From the human T2T-CHM13v2.0 reference genome, Homo sapiens, in the NCBI RefSeq assembly GCF_009914755.1, contig NC_060927.1: 64,000 bases of DNA. One strand, given 5' to 3'. The notes under the pieces were generated by a model that was not told the origin of the DNA, made no database searches, and saw nothing but the letters and a program-made list of their open reading frames with translations. Positions 1 to 11,199 of the stretch are shown here, piece after piece (the first letter of the stretch is position 1; the number at the start of each line of letters is the position of its first letter). The position numbers and the translations under genes are program-made.

Positions 1-17
1 CTTTTGCACCAACCTAA
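1..17. mobile_element. Terminal inverted repeat end of MADE1/Hsmar1 (Mariner) element cut by the window edge
   Basis: cttttgcaccaacctaa matches the recalled MADE1 terminus (...TACTTTTGCACCAACCTAA). Confidence 0.7.
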
Positions 18-52
18 TTATCTTGAGGATCTGTTATTTATCATTGATCTAC

Positions 53-410
53 CTTAGGGTTCGCAAACTCAAGATGACCAGGACTAGGCAGGTATGTAAA
101 TCATGAAAAGGACCTGGTAGGAAGCAGAGTAAACTGGAGAGCATTATGCACAAATAAACTGTGTTGTGGCTACTCACCTCCATTGGTGAGCTCACTGGTG
201 GAACTCCAATGGTTCCAGCTCACTGGAACCATTTGGGATGCAGATTCAGTATCATCAAATCTGTTTTTCAGAGAAGCCAGAAGTCTGGAATTTTTATGAT
301 AAATTTCTGAATTTTAAATGTTATTTTGCTTAACTATTTAACAAACATCACCCTGGCCTTGCAAATGTTGACAAAATTTGACTCACAGGCCACCAGTTGG
401 CAAATTCTGG
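53..410 (-). mobile_element. MER102-like hAT-Charlie DNA transposon fossil
   Basis: tttttcagagaagccagaagtctggaattttt is the reverse complement of the MER102 core; TIR-like ends tagggttcgcaaact ... agttggcaaattctg. Confidence 0.55.
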
Positions 411-581
411 TTGGTCCATTACTTTCATCTTATAGCCAAAACAATAGACCCAGCTAAGTAACTGACTCATCTAAGAAGGTCTCTGGAGTTAGGGGCACAG
501 CAGAGCCTTGAATCTGAGCATCTGAAAGAATGAAAGTGTAGCCCTAAATCACAGTGGCCAAAATTGCTATGGCTCACACTT

Positions 582-884
582 ATTTTTTATTTATTTATTT
601 ATTTCAGATGGAGTCTTGCTCTGTCACCTAAGCTGGAGTGGAATGGCGTGATCTCGGCTCACTGCAACCTCCACCTCCCGGGTTGAAGCGATTCTCTCGC
701 CTCAGCCTCCTGAGTAGCTAGGCTTACAGGCACCTGCCATCATGCCCAGCTAATTTTTGTATTTTTGTAGAGACAACGTTTCATCATGTTGACCTGGCTG
801 ATCTTTAACTCTGAACTTCAGGTGATCCGCCTGCCTTGGCCTCCCAAAGTGCTGGGATTACAGGTGTGAGCCACTGTGTCTGGC
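582..884 (-). mobile_element. AluS SINE, full length
   Basis: Antisense Alu dimer with T-rich tail; TSD tatggct(c/a)acactt at 568-581 and 885-898. Confidence 0.95.
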
Positions 885-954
885 TATGGCTAACACTTTT
901 TTAAGGAAATAACAACAATCCCCAAATATCACATGCCCAGAGTTGCTCAGCACA

Positions 955-1496
955 TTTATTTTGTCCGAAGTATATGTAATGTACATACAATAAAATGTAC
1001 CCATTCCAAATGCATAGTGGGGGTTTGACAAAAGTGCACACCATCACAATTAAAATGAAAAATATTTCTATCTCCCCAAGATGCTCCTTTACGCTCCTTT
1101 GCAATCATCACACCCTTACCAGCCAGCCCCCAGGCAATCACTTTCTGCTACTATAGATTAAATTTGCCTTTCCTAAGATTTCATACACTATGTACTCTTT
1201 TGCGTCTGGCTTCTTTCGCTCAATATAATGCTTTTGAGGTTCATCCGTGTTGTTGAGTTCATTCATTTGCAATGCTGGGGCATAATCCATTGTATGAATA
1301 AACCACAATTTGTTTATCTGTTCTCCCCTGATGGATGTTTGGATGTTTCCTGTTTTTAGGTAATATGAATAAGGCTGCTATAAACATTCCCGTACAGGTC
1401 TTTACGTGGACATATGTTTTTATTTCTCTTGGGTAAATACCTAGGAGTAGAATTGCCCAGTCGAATGGCAGGTGTATGTTTAACTTTATAAAAAAC
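955..1496 (-). mobile_element. Old L1M (L1MB/MC-type) 3' fragment
   Basis: Antisense L1M 3' motifs (gggtaaatacctaggagtagaattg, acatatgtttttatttctcttgg); flanked by tgctcagcaca at 944-954 and 1497-1507. Confidence 0.8.
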
Positions 1497-2614
1497 TGCT
1501 CAGCACAATTTGAATTTTGATTTTAGATAGAGTACATTGCATTGCTGGAATGTACAAACATTATTATCCTTCCTCTAAATTCCCCTTGCTTTCTTTCCTC
1601 CATTGGAAAGCATAAATGAATATTGCTTGTTTCACGAAGTTAGAATTTTCTTTCGGCAAGACTTTGGGAAGGAAGGGAAATAAAAAAGAGATCAGAGGAA
1701 ATCACTGAAACAAAATTCTAAGGAGACAGCTAGCAACTAACATTCTGCAAAAACCCTGAGGAGTCATTTACAGCCCTGTGCATTGTAATTGGCATCTTTT
1801 CGGCTTCAGTCCAGGTCAAATCACTTCCTCCCTTATCACTCCACCTCCAAATATCCTTCTCACTCTCCTGCCTACCTGTTGTCAAGGGAAGTTCAGCCAG
1901 TGACCCAAGTTTTGTCTGGGAAAGGCTGCCGTTACAAGGAAGATGAATACAATCCTAAAAGGACTGACAAATCTAAGATTCATCCCGGTGATCACTGACA
2001 CTTGAAAGGTATGCATGAGGTTTCATGCAGATGTGAATGTTTGTCCCCAGAGATGGAATAGCAAGTGTGCTAAGCCCAGTGAGTTCATTAAATCTTAGTC
2101 GACTCAACAATTTCTCTGAAGACTACTCTAAGGAAAATATGTGTTTATATAGTACTTATCACCTCTTTTTTCTTCGTAAAAATGAGATGCTAAGACCTTT
2201 AATCCAAAGGGAAGTCTTAAAAGCTTCAGGATGAGATCACAGAATTGTTTCTCTCCAGGAGTATTTTGGGATCATTGCCATCACTCAGGAGATCGTCCAG
2301 AAAAATCTTCCCTAAAACAGTAAACTCCAGATAATACAGTTATATCACCTAATTGGGAAAAGGTCAAGCCTAGTGAAACACTTGAGCTATGAGGACATTA
2401 AAAAAAAGAAATGCAGGTCTTGTGTTTGGTTTATAAGAGCATTTTGACAGTATCAAAGGAGGAAAAGGCAAGGTACAGATGGACTTGGCACACATATGCT
2501 GCCATTACTCAGGCCTGTGCCACTGGCAGGCATTACTAATCAATCCCAGTTTTTAAAGAGTAGCTTTTTCAGATTTGTTTAGCAGTCAAATGTAGAAAGA
2601 GGTCCAGAATTTCC

Positions 2615-2784
2615 TTTATTTTTCTCTTTTGTTTTGTTTTTCCAAGGCAGAGTCTCACTTTATTGCCTAGGCTGGAGTGCAGTGGCACAATCATGGCTCA
2701 CTGAAGACTTGAACTCCTAGGCTCAAGTCATTCTCCCTCCTTGGCCCCCAGAGCAGCCACAGGCACACAGCACTGCACCCGGCC
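2615..2784 (-). mobile_element. Alu monomer (FAM/FRAM-like)
   Basis: Single antisense Alu arm with T-rich tail, flanked by ccagaattt on both sides. Confidence 0.8.
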
Positions 2785-2876
2785 CAGAATTTTCTTTTTG
2801 ACACTAAAATTTATTGGCTTCTCTCAAAACTAAGATGCCATTATTAATATTATAAATAAAAGTAAGAAATTAAACC

Positions 2877-2879
<3 letters not shown>

Positions 2880-2922
<43 letters not shown>

Positions 2923-2938
2923 CGCATGTGTGTGTGTG
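2880..2938. repeat. (TG)n microsatellite
   Basis: Seen directly. Confidence 0.95.
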
Positions 2939-3354
2939 AGACTGGGCTAAAGAAATACCTTTAGAAAATAATGTGAAATTATACTCTCATACATATGTGT
3001 AGGGGGTGGGGGATGTGAGTGTTTGTGTGTTTGTAGAGAAAGACAATTGATACGTTTTAATACTCTCAGTTAGTTCAACCAGGCAACTCAAATTTTAATA
3101 TTTTAGAGCTTTTGATTGCAGATAAATTATCACTTATGGAAATGAAACAAGGTTGAGAATCATCATATTCAACAAAATAAACTTAATTCTCTTGAAATAT
3201 AGAATGAGTAAGTGATAGAAATGAGCACTGATATATAATTTTTAATGACATTGTTCATCAACTCAGTGTTACAAGATATATTTGAAAAGTATTTTTCTCC
3301 AAATAATTAATGTTAAGTTGACTGAAGAACTTAGTAAGAAACTTCCAAATTGAA

Positions 3355-3607
3355 CAGAAAACCAAACACTGCATGCTCTCACTTATAAGTGGGAGCTGAA
3401 CAATGAGGACACATGGACACATGGTGGGAAACAACACACACTGGGTCCTGTTGGGGATGGAGTGGTGGGGAGGGAGAGCTTAATACCTAGGTGATGGATT
3501 GTTAGGTGCAGCCAACCACCATGGCACACATCTACCTATGTAACAAACCTGCACATCCTGCACATGTACCTTGGAACTTAAAACAAATATAAAAATATTT
3601 TAAAAAG
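3355..3607 (+). mobile_element. 5'-truncated primate L1 (older L1PA) 3' end
   Basis: acagaaaaccaaacactgcatgctctcacttataagtgggagctgaac and L1 3'UTR; 17-bp TSD gaaacttccaaattgaa at 3338-3354 and 3608-3624. Confidence 0.9.
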
Positions 3608-4065
3608 GAAACTTCCAAATTGAATATGTATTAAGGAATATTATAAAAACTACTAGATATTGCTAGTGATGTAACTAAAACCCAAATGTCCTACTATTCT
3701 TTCTGTAAACTCTGGGATTTGCTCTGTTAAAGATCTTTATTAGTTTGGCAAAATGAGTTATATAAAAGTGGGAAATAAAATCTATTACTGTTTGAAACTA
3801 TTTATCTGTGAGAATGAAGATTCTCAGAACCTTGTTTCTCAAAGGAAACTACAGAAACTCAAAGGAAACTACCTCTTCAGGTGATATAAGCCTGCAGCTG
3901 TTATTTATAACCTCCAAACAGAAGTTCTTGTGGTCATCATTCTCACTGACTTTATAGTTATTTAAATATTAGAATTTTAACTTATAAAAAAGTTAATAAA
4001 CTATTGCCTGTTTTATATATTGTGCTTCTGAATAGCATTCATGATGATTAAGAATACAGGACTTG

Positions 4066-4378
4066 GGCCGGGTACAGTGGCTTACACCTGTAATCTCAGC
4101 ACTTTGGCAGGCCGAGGCAGGAGGATCACTTGAGCCCAGCCCAGGCAACATAGTAAGACCTCGTCTCTACAAAAAATAAAAAGAAAAAAATTAGTTGGGT
4201 GTGGTGGCATGTGCCTGTAGTCCCAGCTACTAGGGAGGCTGAGGTGGGAGGATTGCTTGAGCCCAGGAGGTCAAGGCTGCACTGAGCTGTGATCATGCCA
4301 CTGCATTCCAGAGCCTAGGTGGCAAAGCAAGACCCTGTCTCAAAAAACAAAACAAAACAAATCAAATCAAAAAAACAA
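4066..4378 (+). mobile_element. AluJ SINE inserted in a MIR
   Basis: Alu dimer with J-type features (ggattgcttgagcccaggagg) and (CAAAA)n tail. Confidence 0.9.
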
Positions 4379-4380
4379 AG

Positions 4381-4620
4381 GAATTCAGTCCTTGGGACTG
4401 CACTGCCTAGGTTTAAATCCTGGCCTTGCCACTCATTAGCTCTGTGACCTGGGCAAGTCATTTACTCAACCTCCCACGCCTCAGCTTCTTCATCTGTTCA
4501 TCAGCGATAACAATACTTACCTCAAAGCGTCGCTGAAAGGATTAAATAAATTGTGAAGTACAATTAAATAAGTTATGAAGTACTTTCAGAAGTTTATAGC
4601 ATATAATAAGTGCTATATGA
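4381..4620 (+). mobile_element. MIR SINE
   Basis: MIR core: ctgtgacctgggcaagtcattta...ctcagcttcttcatctgt. Confidence 0.75.
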
Positions 4621-5460
4621 GGACCTGGTAAATAAATTCCATTTAAAATAAGAACTTTTCTGCTAAAATATGCTAAAACCCATGTTGTACCGTGTGTTTA
4701 ATTAGGCAATAATTACTTAAAATCAGATTGCTCATTGTCGATGCAAATCATGGTAACTAATCAGCTTTGATTAATATTCTTAATCAAAATAAATGGAATT
4801 ACCCATGATTTTATTCCCCCACAATAAACTTTTAAAAATATTTTGATGAAGAGCATTTCAAACTTTAAAAAAAAGTATATATACTCTTTTTAACAAAATA
4901 CAATTATAATTAAGATAATATGATAATATAACTTATGTGGACAGGAGTTTTGCCAGTTTTTTTCCTGCTGAATTCCAATGTCTAGAATAATGTTAGGTAT
5001 ATAGCAGGTGTTCAATAAATATTTGTTCAGTGAAAAATAATTTCTTGCAATACAATTTTTTACTAAGTGTATTTAAAGCTATTTTAAAAGCATAAATATT
5101 ATTCTTCCAATTTTATATACTGTCATTTTAAATAACTTTATATTATTCCATCTTATGAACACACTTTCTTCACCCACTTTCTTACTTCTGGAAATGTATG
5201 TTAATTCTATTGTCTTGTGATTATAAGTAAACATTGTAACAAATACCCATAACAAATCTTTGCATATGCCTCTCATTATTTTTTTAGGATAATACTTAGA
5301 AGTGGCTGTCCAGTGAATTATACGAAATTTTAAGAATTATGATTCATTCCATGTTTATTTAGTAAATATTTATCACATATGCAATCTGTGCTTTGTGTTA
5401 GACACCTACCTGAGGATACCATGGTGTATTTACCTTTGTTTACCTTCTAATAATCTAAGG

Positions 5461-5680
5461 TAGAGGTCGATAAACTGTGACCCATGGTCTACATATGGCC
5501 TACTGCATTTTTTTGTAAGTCAAGTTTTGTTGGAACACAGCCATGCTCATTAATTTATGTATTATCTGTGTTTTCACACTATAATGGCAGAATTGAATAG
5601 TTGTGACAAAGACTACATGGCCCACTAAGCCAGAAATATTTACTATCTGCCCCAACACAGAAAAAAATTGACAAATCCTT
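5461..5680 (+). mobile_element. MER58A-like hAT DNA transposon
   Basis: aagttttgttggaacacagccatgctcatt and ggcagaattgaatagttgtgacaaagac motifs. Confidence 0.75.
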
Positions 5681-6764
5681 CAAATTAGATTGTAGTTTTG
5701 TCAAATTACACTCCAGAAAGTTTATGTTCTCAACTGTAATCAGTGAGAAATCCTCACATTAATAAAGTGAACATGTCTTGGTTTTTCACTGGATTTTTTT
5801 TTTTATTCTTTCTTAAGGAACTCTTCACACACACATAATTTTTAGCATGGCATTCATGGATAATTACCAAATTTGAAATGAGTGAAATCAGAATTATTGA
5901 GATTTATTTTCAATGAGGCGTGAGAAACATTGGCCAAGTCTGTGTGATTAGGTGAGACCTCAGCAGTTTTATCAAACTTTCCTGATAGGCTCCTAAGGAT
6001 TGAGAAGGCTGGAACAATGAACATAGCCCGTATCTCCAGCTGCCTGGAAATACAATACGAAAAAGGCTGGAATTGTTGAAAGTGTTAGTATATCATTTTA
6101 CATATGAAATTCATTTTGTTTATTCTGAAACTAACCAACAATACCTTAAAAACTTATGTAAACGGAAATATCTGTTATTTGACTTTTTTCCCCCAGCACT
6201 GGCCTCACACAGGCACTCTAATGATTATTTGTCAAAGTCACACTGTTTGCTTACAAGGTATGAAGGCTTTTTAGACACTATAATGACGGCTCTTGATTCA
6301 CTTGATAATATTTAGAATAAGCCATAAAAGCTGATCTCTGAACGAACAGACCGCTTTTATTGGCTTTTAGTGCTATTACTGCTGTCATAAGTGGAAAATT
6401 GGCCTAATGCAAGCAATAATGCTGTGTCATACTTCAAAACTGCTACTTGGTTTTATGGTTTATTTCTTCTAATGAAAGTATGGTCGAGTATGGGGAGGAT
6501 CTCACCACCTCCCGAGCTTCAGGGCATGATGCCACCTCAGTCTAAGATTCACTTAAGAAACAGGGAGGGGTGTGCTTGAGGATGGGTGGGAACTTGCTTA
6601 ATGTCACAGGTGTGTGCCCATTTTTTATACAAATGGTTGTTGAGATCTATGTGCCAGGTACAGGAGATGAAAGGGCAAGACAGATCTGATTAAGGTGGAA
6701 CTCAGTCTTAATCAGAGGAAGATGATTGAGACCCTACTGGCCAGATTTCATTAGCCCTCTCAAT

Positions 6765-7410
6765 GTTTTAAATTTTTGTTGAGCTACAACTTACATAAAA
6801 TAAAGCGCGCAAATCTTAAGTATATACATTGATCCGTTTTTACAAACGTGTACACCTATCTAACCACCACCCCATCAAGATAAAAAACACTTCAGCAACA
6901 TAGACAGCTCTCATCATTTCCCCTGCCTCCCAGTCAGCAGCACCTTTGCCCCCAACTTCTTCTATTACAATTATTTTGCCTGTTCTTATATAAATGGGCT
7001 CATAGTGTATATTCTTTTATTTATATCTAACTTTATTTGTCCAACGTTTTGTCTGAAAGATTCATTTACATTCTTGTGTGTACCGGTAGTTCAAAAATTG
7101 CTTTGTAGTACTCCATGACAGGACTACATATGTGTATGTACCCAACCTATTCTTGAGGAACATTTAGGCTGTTCCCAGTAGTTGGATATTATGACTGAAG
7201 CTGATATGAACATTTTTTGGTTGACATAAACACTGGGGAGGAAGCCCAGAAGTAGAAATAATTGTAGAATGGGAAGACTTTTAGCTTTAGGTGGATACTG
7301 CCTAGCAGTTTTCCAGAATGGTCCCAATTTATACATCCGTCAAGACTGTATGAGAGTTCAGTCACTCTGTGCTGTTGTCAGCATTTAGTGTTTTCAGGTG
7401 CAATATTGTT
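6765..7410 (-). mobile_element. Old L1M (L1MC/MD-type) 3' fragment
   Basis: Antisense L1M 3' motifs (taaccaccaccccatcaagataaaaaacactt, gaacatttaggctgttcccag). Confidence 0.7.
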
Positions 7411-7529
7411 TTAATAGATTGGAGTGCCTTTATTGACTACTTGCACAGAAAATATACTTGGCTCTAGAATATGTCTTTTATGTACAACTGAGCCTGTATG
7501 ATGGATATGCTAGGGCATATCCAACCTGG

Positions 7530-8220
7530 TTGGAACCCAGGTTTTGAAATCAGAGACATCTAAGTTGGTGCTCTATTTCTACCAAGTAATAACTAGGAGG
7601 CCTTAACAAAGTCACTTATGTTTCCTATGCCTCAGATTCTTCTTCTATAAAGGATAGCAAGCCACCTCAAATCAAAGGGTTGTTGTAAAAACAAATGAAA
7701 TAACAATTGTAACGTAGAGAGCTAGTGTTTGACATGTATCTGGAGCTCAATGAATAGTTTCTTTCTCCTCTTCATAGTGGTCTGGGTGGTCAAGGAAAAC
7801 AGTGAAGTGGCTCTGAGAAAATCCGTCTATATGTAGATGCCTATCAGTATCTAATTTTCTCCCTTGTCAAGCTTTCTCCCTTTCCTAACGTCTTCTCACT
7901 TGCCCAAGCCTGACTTCCAAATGACATACTAGATAGATTATTTCCTCTGTTTCACTCACTACATGCAATCATGACAACAATAAGTGCCATTCCATATTTT
8001 TATTTAGCAAGTGCACTGTGATAAATGCTTTGCATGTAGTGTTTCACAAGAACCCTGCAAAGTACATATTATTATTTTCATTTTACAGATGGGAAGAAAC
8101 CAAGACTCTGAGAGATCAAACAAATCATCCTTGAACACATATGGAGTGGGTGATACAGCTAAGATTTGAAACCAAATCCATTCGATTCCAATGGTCATTT
8201 GATTAACTACAATTCTGTAT
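7530..8220. mobile_element. Two MIR SINEs (about 7530-7750 plus strand, 7975-8220 minus strand)
   Basis: MIR cores aagtcacttatgtttcctatgcctcag and attttcattttacagatgggaagaaac. Confidence 0.6.
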
Positions 8221-8389
8221 ATCACACTCGTCAGAAAGACCTCTGGACTTTATCTCCTTCACATCTCTGAGTACATTGTCATTTTCTCTTCATCCCCTGT
8301 ACCACACACAAATCTTGTGCACTTTCTCAGTTCTCCTCCACTACTTTCTTCTTGCCAAATGTGTCACCCCATCATCACCTTTCCTGGCA

Positions 8390-9348
8390 CTCTTGATGAG
8401 CTCCCAGTCCAGACGGAATCTGGGTTGAAGGCTCAGATTTGCGTGGCTCTCTTGCGCTACATGCTGAGTCCTATTTGCATTAAGCAGCTCCTCCATTTCT
8501 GCATTTACAGATGCAAACACACACCCTGGGGTGTGGAATCAGGCTTCCTGAGTAGTTGCCAAGGAGCTGGATGGCATAAATGCCATCCCTCTTTTCCTTC
8601 CATGGGCTGTTCTGGGGCATGGCTTCTCCTTGCATATCTTTTGGAGAAGTCTCCTGGGCTGCACAACTACACCTGCCAAACCACCTGCTGTGTCATATCC
8701 TGGTTCTTTGTCAAATGGTGGCCAGAAGAGAAAGACATCATATTGCTTGAGATCCTGTCTTTGCTCCATTACTGTAGTTGTTTTTTAGGGTTGCTGTAAC
8801 AAAGTACAACCTTGGTGGTTTAAAACTCTCCCAGTTCTTGAGGCCAGAAGTGTGAAGTCAGTTTCACTGGAGCAAAATCAAGGTGTCAGCAAGGCTGCAC
8901 TCCCTCTGGAGCCTCTGGCAGATAATCTATTTTTTGCCTCTTCCAGCTTCTGGGGGCTGCCTGCATTTCCTGACCTGTGACTGCTGCACTCCAATCTCTG
9001 TCCCCATGGTTGTATCATCATCTCCTCTTCTGTGTGTGTCAAATCTCCCTCCTCCTCTCCCTTAAAAAGATGTTTGTGATTAAATTTAGGTGCCACTCAC
9101 GTGATCCATGTAATCTCTCCACGTCAGGATCCTTAACTCAGTCACATCTACGAAGACCCTTTTTCCTTAAGAGGTAATATGTACAGGTTCCAGGAATCAG
9201 GACCTGACATTCTGGGTGGCCATTATTCAACCTACTACATTTACCTTGTTTCTTACCCTTACCACCCTAGGCATGTAACTCTCAAATAAGGCATCAATAC
9301 TTTCACCCTTGCCTCAAGCCCTGCTTTCTAGGGGAGCTGAGCTGAAGC
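8390..9348 (+). mobile_element. Old ERVL-type LTR (LTR16/LTR33-like) split by an MLT1 insertion
   Basis: 3' end ctcaagccctgctttctaggggagctgagctgaagca resembles ERVL LTR termini; family assignment uncertain. Confidence 0.45.
8772..9238 (-). mobile_element. MLT1B/C-type MaLR solo LTR
   Basis: agggttgctgtaacaaagtac, aaaatcaaggtgtcagcaaggctgcactccctctggag, ccattattcaacctactaca. Confidence 0.8.
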
Positions 9349-9375
9349 ATTATCTCTACTTTTGCCTGTATTGAA

Positions 9376-9995
9376 TGTTGGGACTCAGAAAACGATATCC
9401 TAAAATGAAGGTCTCAGAAGCAGCCTCAGAAGCAAAGGTTCTTCTCTGTCCTCCTTTCTCTCAGTCTCATTCTCCTCTGAGGCTGGCCATAGAAACTAGA
9501 ATACCTCTTCCCCAAGGCAGGTCTCCAAAGCCAGCCATAAAACCTAAAAACATTACTCTTAGTTTCCCCCGCCTTTCTGTGTAAAACCCGGCCATAGAGA
9601 CATGATCTGACCTAACTTGTTTGACTGTAGGTCATGAAACACCCATCCCAGAGACGGTACTGCCCCACACCCAGAAGGAAGGGACGCTGCACAGAAAGTC
9701 CAAGAAGAATCTAAACAGATAGGACTTGCTGGGTTTCCCTACTCAGTCTACTAGCATTAGATCATATCATACCCTTTTTGTGTGATCGTATTTCTACACA
9801 GCTGTACATAGTTTGTTAAACTTACGTATAAAAAAATGACAATTTCCTTTGTATCTTTGGGTCTTCATGCTGAAGGATCTCATGTACATGTTAATAAATT
9901 TTGTATGCCTTTTCTCCTGTTAATCAGCCTTTTGTGAACTGATTTTTCAAGGATGTTTCAGAGGGTAAAGAGGAAATTTTCTCTTGGCCCCTACA
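9376..9995 (+). mobile_element. MER39-like ERV1 solo LTR
   Basis: TG...CA termini: tgttgggactcagaaaacgata ... cttggcccctaca; internal agcagcctcagaagcaaag. Confidence 0.8.
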
Positions 9996-10827
9996 ATTTT
10001 AGTGTAGTTGTCAGGATGCCAGAAGGATCATATTAAAGTTCACATCTGATCATGTTCCTCTTCTGCATAAATTTCTTCAAGGTAACCTCCCCAGATTCGT
10101 GTCAATGCCCTAAATTCTTGGTTACAGGAAGGCATTCAGGAACCTCCTGATCTTATCCATTCTCTCTCAACTTCATTATTTGACTCTCCTCTGTCTAATG
10201 GGTACGATCATAAGCTTCAGAATTAAACCCCGTTTTCTAGAATTCTGTCTTTACCATTTTCTAGGCAAGTAATCGTGAACAGGCCACTTAGTTTCTTGGG
10301 TTCTCTGACATGCATTTTCCTTAAAGTCTCTTTAATAGTAGTGGAGGTGATAAAATGAGATCATATAAGTGTCTAGCACAGGGTAAAAGCTCAAAACAAA
10401 CAAACAAATTGCTCTAGTTATGTCAAATCATACACAGGAATCTAAACGTCTGATATTTTATGTCTCTCGGTATTTATGCACGATGGTTCTTCTCCCTGAG
10501 GAATCCTCACCATCATTGCTTTTTGCCCCACCTCAAGTGAACTCCTTCTCGTCTTTGGAATTCCGATAGAGAATCCCATCCTCTGCAAAGCTTTCTCTGA
10601 TTCCAGCAGTTCAAAATTCTTGCACATATGAATCATAAGTGCACCTTGTTTACAATGCAAATTCTTTAGCTTCAGCCACAGAAATTCTAGTTCATCATAC
10701 CTTGGGTGAGGCCCATGAAATCTTCAGTTTTAAAAAGCATCTTGGGTAATTTTTGATTGTACAGTAACACCCTGTGTACTGCACAAGGCCAGTCCTGGCT
10801 TAGGATGGAAGTCCACCTGGACAGACA

Positions 10828-11111
10828 CATTACCAGAACACCAGGGGTGCAGTCTAGGTCCCTTTGCTTGTTGCATATAAAGCCAATCACTGAGACAAGT
10901 ACAGCCAGGGAAGAAGGCTTTTTTATTCAGGTGTTTCAGCTGGGGAAATGGGTCAGGGAACCAAAATCTGTTACTCAACAGATTGCTCCCATCTCCTGGG
11001 ATGCAGTAATCAAAAAACCCTTCTTTCCTGGCAGTATTTGCTGTCTCAGGGATTGGCTTTCTGTGCAGTGAGCAATGGGACCTAGAAGGAACCCCTGGTG
11101 TTTCAGTAACA
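10828..11111. mobile_element. Inverted pair of ERV1 LTR (LOR1/LTR26-like) 3' ends forming a fold-back element
   Basis: Left arm caccagggg...tctaggtcc...aaagccaatcactgagaca...gccagggaagaagg is the reverse complement of right arm ccttctttcctggc...tgtctcagggattggcttt...ggacctaga...cccctggtg...gtaaca. Confidence 0.8.
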
Positions 11112-11199
11112 GACACACCACTTAAGAAGATGTATCCACCACATGGAATCTGATGTGCTCCCCTATCAAATTCCCAAATGCTAATGTGTCTTAAACCTA

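Noticed and set aside
3838-3872. Direct repeat ctcaaaggaaactac occurring twice
   Set aside because: Ordinary slippage micro-duplication
6685-6716. Isolated 9-10-bp inverted repeats (6685-6716; also 8569-8588 and 20210-20232)
   Set aside because: Too short and isolated to distinguish from background; not miRNA-sized
8317-8799. 160-aa plus-strand ORF
   Set aside because: GTG start, lies in LTR-derived sequence, no domain features
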